The translations under genes were made by a program, and so were the position numbers. Shown in pieces: positions 8,420-16,009 of a stretch of DNA of 18,736 nt (its first letter is position 1; each line of letters starts with the position of its first letter). This DNA is from Okeania sp. (GTDB lineage: Bacteria; Cyanobacteriota; Cyanobacteriia; Cyanobacteriales; Microcoleaceae). A model generated the notes under the pieces. It made no database searches. It was not told the DNA's origin and saw only the letters and a list, made by a program, of their open reading frames with translations. The stretch is taken from NCBI RefSeq assembly GCF_035285525.1, contig NZ_JAYKGW010000160.1:1-18736 (forward strand), in the 5' to 3' direction.

Positions 8420-8811
8420 TAAAAGAACCTATTTGGATAGACGAAATTATTGCTAAAGCTATTCATGCAGACCAAATTCTGCAACATGGAGGAAGTTCAG
8501 GAATTAGAGATGAAAATTTACTTGCTGCTAGTTTAGCTAGACCCCGACATTTGTTTATTTATGGTCAACCAAATTTATTTGAACTTGCCGCAGCTTATGG
8601 TTATGGTTTAGCTAAAAATCACCCTTTTATTGATGGAAATAAAAGAACAACTTTTATGGTTATGTATACTTTTTTAGGGCTAAATAATTATTTACTAGAA
8701 GTAGGGGAACCAGCAGTTGTAAAAATGATGGAACAGTTAGCAAGTGGGGAAGAAAATCAAGAATCTCTAGGGGAGTGGTTAGCAGAAAATTCTGTTAACC
8801 AAAACTTGTAA
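8416..8811 (+). CDS. Doc/Fic-family death-on-curing toxin, with no canonical start codon
   Basis: The reading frame is open from 8395. It translates as (I)IKEPIWIDEIIAKAIHADQILQHGGSSGIRDENLLAASLARPRHLFIYGQPNLFELAAAYGYGLAKNHPFIDGNKRTT..., including the Fic/Doc motif HPFIDGNKR. The ORF track starts only at TTG 8551, which would remove the conserved N-terminal third. The only codons at the expected start are ATA (8416, 8419) and ATT (8431). Confidence 0.75.
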   Translation: MIKEPIWIDEIIAKAIHADQILQHGGSSGIRDENLLAASLARPRHLFIYGQPNLFELAAAYGYGLAKNHPFIDGNKRTTFMVMYTFLGLNNYLLEVGEPAVVKMMEQLASGEENQESLGEWLAENSVNQNL

Positions 8812-8968
8812 TGGACTGACACATTTTATAGCAGTTTTCATGTTTTATAGAGTACAGAGATTTGGGGTTAAAGGAATCAGTTTTGTAGTCTATCTTTGTG
8901 AAAACCGCTATCAATAAATGGTACGTTAGCAAAAAAATATTCAAACCTTTATGCTTTATATAAAATCT

Positions 8969-9129
8969 GGATAATTACCAAACTATTAATAATTAATAGT
9001 CAATAATTATTCATTCAAAAATTCACGCCTTGAAGCCTCCCCTTGCATAGGGGATAAATAAAAAAATTTCCTTTTAGTCAATCTCCTTTTTTTAAGAAGG
9101 GGTAATTATTAATTATTAATTTTTTATTG
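8969..9129. mobile_element. MITE-like dispersed repeat, family B, copy 3
   Basis: GGATAATTACC...CAATAATTATTCATTCAAAAATTCACGCCTTGAAGCCTCCCC...GGGGATAAAT...TAGTCAATCTCC...AAGAAGGGGTAATTATTAATTATTAATT. Followed by GGGAACA GGGAACA heptamers at 9137-9150. Confidence 0.55.
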
Positions 9130-9324
9130 TTATAGCAGGGAACAGGGAACAGTTGTTCAAGTGTTTCCGTGGTCTTTGATTCATCATCAGTCTATGTCCT
9201 AACCACCTTGGTGGCTGCTATAATTGCTGAATATACCCAAGTCCGCAGTGACGGTAACAGCTTGGCAGAAAGCAATCTCACGGGTGGGTGCAGATTGCTT
9301 CCTTTCGTGGATAGGGACAATTTT

Positions 9325-9945
9325 TCAACTGGATTTTAGATCGGTCTTATCTATAAAATTCAACAAAATATTAGCAGCTTCATCTAAGTTTTTGCCAAAA
9401 GAAATAATCCCATCTTCGTGACCTGCCATTACTAATATTTTTTCTGTTCCTAAATTCTCTTCATCAAACAAACGAAACATTTCTTTTGCCATTTGTGGAG
9501 TTCCATAAGGAACATCTGGATTAGAGGTAGGAACTTTAAACATTAGTTCTTGCCAAAGCTGATGATTATGAATATGAATAATACTCATAATTTCTGGTTG
9601 ATAATAATAGATAGCAGCATGAGTTAAAGACTCCGAAGAAGCTTTAACAGCTCCGCAACAAGTTAAACTATTTTCTTCGATATTAAAATTAGTAACTACT
9701 GTATAATATTCTGGTTTTAATATTGGGAAATGAGCGGTTTGAGTTCCAGAAATAATAAATTGATAGGAGTTATTTATTCTATGACTAATATTACCAAAAC
9801 CAATACCATTTTCATAAACTCCAATTAATCCTAAAGAGTGCATTAAGTCGCGTTTTTGCATTAGAGCAGTAATATGAAAACCTTCTACAGATTTTCCTTT
9901 TATCCAATCACAATGATATTTAATTACTCCTTCATCCATAACCAT
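9325..9945 (-). CDS. Class II aldolase/adducin N-terminal domain family protein
   Basis: 206-aa ORF. The EGVIKYHCDWIKG N-terminus, GIGFGNISHR, IISGTQT, ASSESLTHAAIY, IIHIHN (metal-binding His cluster) and VMAGHEDGIISFG match the remembered pattern of the small cyanobacterial class II aldolase-like proteins. Confidence 0.65.
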   Translation of the reverse strand: MVMDEGVIKYHCDWIKGKSVEGFHITALMQKRDLMHSLGLIGVYENGIGFGNISHRINNSYQFIISGTQTAHFPILKPEYYTVVTNFNIEENSLTCCGAVKASSESLTHAAIYYYQPEIMSIIHIHNHQLWQELMFKVPTSNPDVPYGTPQMAKEMFRLFDEENLGTEKILVMAGHEDGIISFGKNLDEAANILLNFIDKTDLKSS

Positions 9946-9988
9946 AAATTTGAAAATAATTATTAATGTATTAGGTTGTTAGCTAAAT

Positions 9989-10103
9989 CAGGACTTACCT
10001 ATTAGTAAGAAATTTCCACGTTTGAGATTGCTATCCTGACGGACTGCTTCGCAAACGCTCCTCGCGAGCAATGACAGAAATACGTTTTTCTGCATAAGTC
10101 CTG
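9989..10103. mobile_element. MITE-like repeat with family-A termini but a different interior (subfamily)
   Basis: CAGGACTTACCT (9989-10000) and TGCATAAGTCCTG (10091-10103) form imperfect TIRs. The interior is unrelated to copies 1, 2 and 4. Confidence 0.5.
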
Positions 10104-10119
10104 TAAATTATACTATGCA

Positions 10120-10151
10120 GACGAACTCAGAAACCGACGAACTCAGAAACC
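10120..10151 (+). repeat. Perfect tandem duplication of a 16-bp unit GACGAACTCAGAAACC
   Basis: Units at 10120-10135 and 10136-10151 are identical. They are followed by two copies of GTTTCTTTGTAG (10154-10165 and 10179-10190) and the hairpin GGGTTTGG-tctc-CCAAACCC (10203-10222). Confidence 0.85.
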
Positions 10152-10264
10152 CAGTTTCTTTGTAGCAAAGCCAAACGGGTTTCTTTGTAGAAAAAATTGT
10201 AGGGGTTTGGTCTCCAAACCCAACCAAAAATGCGACAATCGAATATCCAAATTTTCTCATTTTC

Positions 10265-10294
10265 TTGAATGTTGATCAAACTAGGTTGTATAAT
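10265..10294 (+). promoter_or_regulatory. Candidate sigma70-type promoter for the 10334-10720 ORF
   Basis: TTGAAT (10265-10270), 18-nt spacer, TATAAT (10289-10294), 40 nt upstream of the ATG. In AT-rich DNA such matches are common, so this is weak. Confidence 0.3.
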
Positions 10295-10333
10295 GTAAAA
10301 TGTAATTAGTTAATTAATTTAGGAAACAAAATT

Positions 10334-10720
10334 ATGACAGAACAAAATCAACCAAAAGAGGGCGCTATCATAGAAATTGACGAGACTTCAAATCAAATTA
10401 CTCCTACTTCTGGAGATAATAACCCTCAGCAAGAAACCCAAGAGTTAATAGAAGCAATCAAAAGATTAGCTCAGTCAGAAATGGAAACTGCTGGGGAGTT
10501 TACCCGTGAGAAGTATATTGAAGCAGTCAAACAAGCGAGAGAAACTATCGAACGGATCAGACTTATTGATCCTAAACAAATAGAGGATGCTGGTAAGCAA
10601 TTAGAAAAAGATATTGAGACTAACTGGGAAACAGTAGTTAAGGAAGTTCAAGATTTTGGCGATCGCTTAGTTAAAGCAGGTCAAGCTGCTTGGGATGTGT
10701 TGACTAAACCTAAACAATAA
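10334..10720 (+). CDS. Hypothetical small acidic, probably helical protein
   Basis: 128-aa ORF with GGAAACAAAATT upstream of the ATG. A strong palindromic hairpin lies 65 nt downstream. It contains a HIP1 site in frame. No family recognised. Confidence 0.6.
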   Translation: MTEQNQPKEGAIIEIDETSNQITPTSGDNNPQQETQELIEAIKRLAQSEMETAGEFTREKYIEAVKQARETIERIRLIDPKQIEDAGKQLEKDIETNWETVVKEVQDFGDRLVKAGQAAWDVLTKPKQ

Positions 10721-10784
10721 TTCTCTAAATTCTGAGAAACAGAAAAATCTAGCATTATGCGGTTTTTATAATCAGTAGACCACT

Positions 10785-10830
10785 GTAGGGACGTTCCATG
10801 GAACGTCCCTACAAAATTTTATTTGTTTTG
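10785..10830 (+). terminator. Perfect 28-bp palindrome plus T-rich tail; probable intrinsic terminator and member of a dispersed hairpin repeat family
   Basis: GTAGGGACGTTCCATGGAACGTCCCTAC (10785-10812, 14-bp arms) followed by AAAATTTTATTTGTTTT. Confidence 0.5.
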
Positions 10831-11085
10831 ACATTTCCAGAAAAGATGGATTATACCAAGCGTGAAAAAAGAATGCTGCAAAAAAGTCTGTCTCAATCAG
10901 ATATACTTAAAAATAGCTGCTCTAATTTATTTTAGATAGTTTTATATATTATTTTTATCCTTTTTATGTTTTTATATATTCTTCTTTTTTTCTTCCTTAC
11001 TTATAAAATTTGTAATCAACATTTATAAAATTGGTATTAGGGGGAAATAATGGATATTTTTACTTAAAAAAAATGAAAAAATATA

Positions 11086-12346
11086 ATGAATAACCCTAAA
11101 GAAGATTATATAAAAACGTTTCTGGAATTAGAAAAAGCAGCATCAAAATTTTGGCCTACAGAATTAGCTGAAATGGAAGCAGAGTTAAGTATAATTCCAT
11201 TGTTATTAAAAACACAAGAACAATTTATTAACATCTTAAGGATTGATGTATTTATTAGAATTAGAAGACTTATTTACAATAGTAAACTCTTCAGCTTTGT
11301 CAGGAAACTTATTTGTTAAGCATTTGGTTATTATGGCTGACTTTGGAGGAGAAATGCTCAAACGTATAAGTAGAGAATTTAAAAATTTGTTTCCTAATGA
11401 AGAAATGAAATATTACTGGAAAAGTAGTCAGCGCATTTATAAGTTTCAAGCCTTACCTACAAAAACCTTAAGCAATCAAACTCTTAAAATTAATGGAAAA
11501 GACCTTTTTGTAAAACATTCTTTAGATGAAAGACAAAAAAAAAGATGCCATTGCGCTTCTTTTATTTGGAAGTTCTTGCAGCAATACTAATCAAGAAATT
11601 GCTTCAATTTTAGCAAGATGTGAAATAGGTGATTATTTGGGTAAACCTAATGAATTAGATAGTTTTATTAAGCAGCGATATATTTGGGTTAGTCGTATTA
11701 CAGGAGGTGCAAAATCTAATGCTTTAGGTCATTTAGCACAAAAGTTTGTTCCTCAGTACATATAAAGATGAAATTGGAATTATTGGAATTGAAGTAAAAT
11801 CTGATGCTACCTTACCGAATAATTAATAGTTAATAGCTAATAATTAATAATCTAAGAGTTGATAGTAAATAATTATTCATTCAACAATTCACCCCTGGAA
11901 GCCTCCCCAAGAATTGGGGATAAATCAAAAATTTTTATGATTAGTCAATCCTCTTCTTTAAAGAAGGGGTAATTATTAATTATTAATTGTTCATTATTAA
12001 TTGCTGAACTAATGTAACTCATACTGACCAAATTACAAGACGTTTAACTTCATTTGATATTATAGTCAGAAAAAAACAGAAATATGTAGCTATAGAAGTA
12101 AGTTTTCAAGTAACTACTAATAGTGTTATTGAACCTAAAGTCGGACAAGCAAAAGCTCGTTATGAACAAGTTGAAGCAGCAGGTCACAAAATTGCTTATG
12201 TTATAGATCGAGCAGGAAATTTTGAAAGACAGTCAGCTTGACAAACCATTTGTTTCCATAGTCATTGCACTGTAGCATTTTCTAAAAATGAGTTGTCAAT
12301 TCTTTGTGATTTTTTGAGAAATTACTTAGAAAACAATAATGATTGA
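11086..12346 (+). pseudogene. Decayed gene, probably the type II restriction endonuclease partner of the downstream C5-methyltransferase
   Basis: Track ORFs 11086-11319, 11243-11590 and 11526-11765 occupy frames 1, 2 and 3 and read through as one protein if frameshifts are repaired near 11240-11250, in the A9 run at 11535-11543 and near 11755-11765. The frame continues as ..KDEIGIIGIEVKSDATLP, is interrupted by a ~200 bp family-B MITE, and resumes as VTHTDQITRRLTSFDIIVRKKQKYVAIEVSFQVTTNSVIEPK...RQSA, then TGA at 12239-12241, then 34 more in-frame codons to TGA at 12344-12346. The endonuclease call rests on position and orientation next to the MTase and on a nuclease-like D...E core. The family is not recognised. 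Confidence 0.5.
11810..12010. mobile_element. MITE-like dispersed repeat, family B, copy 4, inserted in the endonuclease-like pseudogene
   Basis: Nearly collinear with 3486-3669 (CTTACCGAATAATTAATAGTTAATA...TTCATTCAACAATTCACCCCTGGAAGCCTCCCC...GGGGATAAAT...TAGTCAATCCTCTTCTTTAAAGAAGGGGTAATTATTAATT...ATTGCTGAA). Boundaries are good to about 10 bp. Confidence 0.6.
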
Positions 12347-12387
12347 AAAAACTGAACAATTTACATACTATTTATAATTCTTATAAA

Positions 12388-13647
12388 ATGACTAAAATTA
12401 GCTTTATTGACTTATTTGCTGGCATTGGTGGAATGAGATTAGGTTTTGAAAAAGCTGCCGAATATTTAAACATTGAAACTGAATGTGTATTAAGTAGTGA
12501 AATAAATCCTGACGCTGCTTTGGTTTATCATAAAAATTTTGCTGAATTTTCTTTAGGAGATATCCGCAAAATTGAAAAGTTACCACCATATCAAATATTA
12601 TTAGCCGGATTTCCTTGTCAGTCTTTTTCTTATGCTGGTAAAAAAGCTGGTTTTGGGGATACTAGAGGTACGCTTTTTTTTGAAATTACCAGATTAATAG
12701 ATACATATAAACCTCAAGCTTTTATCTTTGAAAATGTCCGTGGTTTGCTGACTAATGATCAAGGTAGAACTATCGAAACTATTAAACATGAAATTCAAAG
12801 TAGAGGCTATAGTTTTGACATATTTTTATTGAATAGCGCGAATTTTAATTTACCCCAAAATCGTCTCCGAATTTATATCCTGGGAGTTTTAGATAGTACG
12901 CCAAAATTTAATTTAATTTCTGACCTTGGTCCGAAAGATTCTCATTCTTATCATCCTCAACAATTATCTTTATTTTATCCTCTGAAAAAATCTATAACTG
13001 TGGCGGATATTTTAGAAGATAATCCAGATGAAAAATATAATTGTTCGGAAAAATTTGTCGCAGCTTTAAAAGAAAGATTAAATGGAGATTTGAATAAATT
13101 ACACGGCATGAGGTTAATTGATTATCGGGGTGGAAATTCGATTCATTCTTGGGAGTTAGGATTGAGGGGAAAATGCAGTGTTGAAGAAATAGAATTAATG
13201 AACCGTTTGATTTTGAAACGGAGAAATAGTCAATTTGGTAAACATCAAGATGGTAAATTGTTGAGTCAGGAGCAAATAGCTAGTTTTTTTCCTCATCCTC
13301 AGTTAAATATTTTGCTCAATTCTTTAGTAAGTAAAAATTATCTGCAAATAGTCGAATCAAAATATAAACCAGTGGCAGGTAATTTTTCTTTTGAAATTTA
13401 CAAATTTTTAGACACCGATAAAATTTCTGTAACTTTAGTGGCAAGTGATGCTAATAGGTTAGGAATTTATCATCAAAATAGAATTAGAAAAATTACTCCG
13501 AGGGAAGCTGCAAGATTACAAGGTTTTCCAGATAATTTTATTTTGCATTCTGACAATAATAAAGCTTATTATCAATTAGGAAATTCTGTAAGTATTAATG
13601 TAGTTAAAGCCGTAGCTCAAGAATTGTTATTAAATATAATTAACTAG
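12388..13647 (+). CDS. DNA (cytosine-5)-methyltransferase, intact
   Basis: Motif I FIDLFAGIGGMRLGF, IV GFPCQSFSYAG, RGTLFFEI, VI ENVRGL, VIII QNRLRIYILG, IX RKITPREAARLQGFPDNF, X YYQLGNSVSINV. ATG 12388 gives the usual short N-terminus before motif I; the track ORF opens at TTG 12343. The long variable region (about 170 aa) leaves the specificity unknown. Confidence 0.93.
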   Translation: MTKISFIDLFAGIGGMRLGFEKAAEYLNIETECVLSSEINPDAALVYHKNFAEFSLGDIRKIEKLPPYQILLAGFPCQSFSYAGKKAGFGDTRGTLFFEITRLIDTYKPQAFIFENVRGLLTNDQGRTIETIKHEIQSRGYSFDIFLLNSANFNLPQNRLRIYILGVLDSTPKFNLISDLGPKDSHSYHPQQLSLFYPLKKSITVADILEDNPDEKYNCSEKFVAALKERLNGDLNKLHGMRLIDYRGGNSIHSWELGLRGKCSVEEIELMNRLILKRRNSQFGKHQDGKLLSQEQIASFFPHPQLNILLNSLVSKNYLQIVESKYKPVAGNFSFEIYKFLDTDKISVTLVASDANRLGIYHQNRIRKITPREAARLQGFPDNFILHSDNNKAYYQLGNSVSINVVKAVAQELLLNIIN

Positions 13648-13661
13648 CTATTAGCGTAAAC

Positions 13662-13707
13662 ATTCAGTCGTGAGCTAACAGCTATCAGCTATTTTTTTTA
13701 GTTTTTG
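13662..13707 (+). repeat. STRR-like heptamer repeat (AGCTAAC AGCTATC AGCTATT) plus T8, second copy of the 3'-end module
   Basis: Heptamers at 13673-13693 and T8 at 13692-13699. Begins 15 nt after the MTase stop. Paralogous to 3041-3078. Confidence 0.55.
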
Positions 13708-13727
13708 ACAAAAGCTTTATTATTCAT

Positions 13728-13866
13728 AGGACTTACCCATGAACCCTACTGGTAGGTTGCGTTTTTGGCGCTTGAGCCAAGATGAAACGCTACGCGACAT
13801 GAAAAGCGTATCTCGTAACGCACCAATAATCTATATATATATATATAGCGCCTTTGCGTAAGTCAT
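13728..13866. mobile_element. MITE-like repeat, family A, copy 4 (longer variant)
   Basis: AGGACTTACCCA...TGCGTAAGTCAT termini. Collinear with 4009-4096, but with about 40-50 bp of extra internal sequence and (TA)8 at 13832-13847 where copy 2 has (TA)4 at 4070-4077. Confidence 0.6.
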
Positions 13867-14150
13867 GATTCAGAATAAATCTTGCTACAAAATCCAGTTT
13901 TCAAGCCTATATTAGTTTAAATATTCTCCTTAAAATTTAGATTTTTGATAGCTGTTTGAGCTTGAGTTAAAAATAGTCCATAATATAACAATTCTTGCAG
14001 TAGCTAGGATTAATTCAATCTCCTAACAAAATATTGCCATCTTTTTTTTTACTAAATCGAAATTTAACCTAAAATTATTAATCCTTTATAGGCATCCTCC
14101 TAATATAATGAAACAGTTTATTTCTTAGCTAAATTTCTCACTAGATAATT

Positions 14151-15938
14151 ATGCGAACTAATTATTGTGGACAAGTAAATAGTAAAAGTATTGGAAAAAC
14201 CGTTCATCTCTATGGATGGGTAGACCGTCGTCGGGATCATGGCGGAGTAATTTTTTTGGATTTGCGCGATCGCTCTGGCATTGTCCAAATTGTCAGTGAC
14301 CCAGAACGGACACCAGATTCCTATCAAATAGCAGGGGATATTAGAAATGAATATGTGGTCGAAATCACTGGTCGAGTTAGTCGTCGTCCGGAAGAGTCTC
14401 TTAACCCCAAACTTCCTACTGGGGAAATCGAAATTTATGCTGATGATATTAAACTGTTAAATGGTTTAGGTAAGCAACTACCATTTCAAGTTTCTACTGC
14501 TGAAATGGAACCAGTACGGGAAGAGTTGCGACTCAAATATCGGTATTTAGATTTGAGAAGGGAACGGATGACTCGTAACTTGTTATTGCGCCATGAAGTT
14601 GTGAAAGCAGTACGTCGTTTCCTGGAGGACGAACAAAATTTTATTGAAGTCGAAACTCCTATTCTCACTCGTTCTACTCCTGAAGGAGCAAGGGATTATC
14701 TGGTTCCTAGTCGCGTTCATGCTGGGGAATGGTTTGCTCTCCCCCAGTCTCCCCAACTGTTTAAACAAATGTTGATGGTTTCTGGTTTTGACCGTTATTA
14801 TCAAATTGCCCGTTGTTTCCGGGATGAAGATTTGCGAGCGGATCGACAACCGGAGTTTACTCAGTTAGATATGGAAATGAGTTTCATGTCTCAGGAGGAA
14901 ATTATGGAATTAAATGAGCAGTTGGTAGCATACATTTTTCAGAAAGTTAAGGGTGTAGATTTATCTTTACCATTCCCCCGACTGACTTATGTGGAAGCAA
15001 TGGAACGTTATGGTAGTGATAAACCGGATATTCGCTTTGGTTTAGAATTAGTGGATGTTTCTGATTTGGTAAAAGATTCTGGTTTTAAAGTATTTTCTGG
15101 TGCTGTTGCTGCTGGTGGAATAGTCAAAGTGTTGCCTATTCCTGGAGGTAACGATGCTATCTCTAATGTGAGAATTAAACCCGGTGGCGACTTATTCAAA
15201 GAAGCGAGTGAAGCAGGAGCAAAAGGTTTAGCTTTTATTCGCGTCAAAGAGGGAGGAAAGATAGATACTATTGGCGCTATCAAAGACAACCTCACGGAGG
15301 AACAAAAAGAGGAGTTGCTCAAACGCACCAATGCTGAACCTGGTCATTTATTGTTATTTGCTGCGGATCGAGTAAATACTGTGAACAAAACTTTAGATCG
15401 CTTGCGGTTAGTGATCGGGGAACAGTTGGGGTTAATTGATAAAAATAAAATCTGTCTCTTGTGGGTGACAGACTTTCCGATGTTTGAATGGAATGAGGAC
15501 GAAAAACGTTTGGAAGCATTGCATCACCCATTTACTGCACCCCACCCAGATGATATTGATGATCTGACAACAGCACGAGCGCAAGCTTACGATTTAGTGT
15601 TTAACGGTTATGAAATCGGTGGTGGTAGTCGGCGGATATATCAACGAGATGTGCAGGAGAAAGTATTTGAAGCGATCAGTTTATCTGATGAGGAAGCTAA
15701 TAATAAATTTGGCTTTTTATTGGAAGCGTTTGAATATGGCACTCCTCCCCACGGTGGTATTGCTTATGGTTTAGATCGGTTAACGATGTTGTTAGCAGGT
15801 GAGGAGTCTATTCGGGATGTGATTGCATTTCCGAAGACTCAGCAAGCAAGATGCTTGTTAACAAATGCACCTTCTGAAGTTGACAAAAAACAGTTGAAAG
15901 AGTTGCACGTTAGTTCCATTTCTAAACCGAAATCTTAG
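14151..15938 (+). CDS. aspS: Aspartate--tRNA ligase (class IIb aaRS)
   Basis: 595-aa [11 protein letters not shown] start, OB-fold anticodon-binding N-domain ([22 protein letters not shown]), motif 2 [25 protein letters not shown], and motif 3 [13 protein letters not shown]. Confidence 0.97.
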   Translation: MRTNYCGQVNSKSIGKTVHLYGWVDRRRDHGGVIFLDLRDRSGIVQIVSDPERTPDSYQIAGDIRNEYVVEITGRVSRRPEESLNPKLPTGEIEIYADDIKLLNGLGKQLPFQVSTAEMEPVREELRLKYRYLDLRRERMTRNLLLRHEVVKAVRRFLEDEQNFIEVETPILTRSTPEGARDYLVPSRVHAGEWFALPQSPQLFKQMLMVSGFDRYYQIARCFRDEDLRADRQPEFTQLDMEMSFMSQEEIMELNEQLVAYIFQKVKGVDLSLPFPRLTYVEAMERYGSDKPDIRFGLELVDVSDLVKDSGFKVFSGAVAAGGIVKVLPIPGGNDAISNVRIKPGGDLFKEASEAGAKGLAFIRVKEGGKIDTIGAIKDNLTEEQKEELLKRTNAEPGHLLLFAADRVNTVNKTLDRLRLVIGEQLGLIDKNKICLLWVTDFPMFEWNEDEKRLEALHHPFTAPHPDDIDDLTTARAQAYDLVFNGYEIGGGSRRIYQRDVQEKVFEAISLSDEEANNKFGFLLEAFEYGTPPHGGIAYGLDRLTMLLAGEESIRDVIAFPKTQQARCLLTNAPSEVDKKQLKELHVSSISKPKS

Positions 15939-15948
15939 GTTTTTTAAG

Positions 15949-15976
15949 GAAAATTCCTGTAGGGGCGAATAGCCAT
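15949..15976. terminator. Hairpin between convergent genes (aspS and the DndB-like gene); possible bidirectional terminator, same style as the other GTAGGG hairpin repeats
   Basis: GTAGGGGCGAAT-agcc-ATTCGCCCTTAC, 12-bp arms with one G:U-compatible mismatch. Lies 11 nt after the aspS stop and 34 nt from the stop of the minus-strand gene. The T-tract is weak. Confidence 0.45.
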
Positions 15977-16009
15977 TCGCCCTTACGTTTATTGCCATAA
16001 TTAATCAAA

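Noticed and set aside
9224-9421. 65-aa plus-strand ORF
   Set aside because: It overlaps the 3' end of the well-supported minus-strand aldolase-like gene. It starts with a non-ATG codon inside the structured GC-richer patch, and its translation has no recognisable features.
11086-11765. Treating 11086-11319, 11243-11590 and 11526-11765 as three separate small genes
   Set aside because: They overlap head to tail in frames 1, 2 and 3, and one junction coincides with an A9 run. The reading frame continues beyond the MITE to 12346. This is the signature of one frameshifted gene.
12388-13647. The idea that the intact methyltransferase cross-protects against the DndB-like protein and so substitutes for the broken MTase
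   Set aside because: The variable (target-recognition) regions of the two MTases show no visible similarity, either in sequence around the TL motif or in length and layout. Shared specificity is therefore unsupported. It remains testable by methylome mapping.
14118-15531. Five minus-strand ORFs (14118-14327, 14486-14668, 14583-14849, 15008-15331, 15319-15531) listed in the track
   Set aside because: All lie antisense inside the strongly supported aspS coding region. They have low-complexity, Ser/Leu/Pro/Arg-rich translations typical of shadow ORFs and no recognisable motifs.
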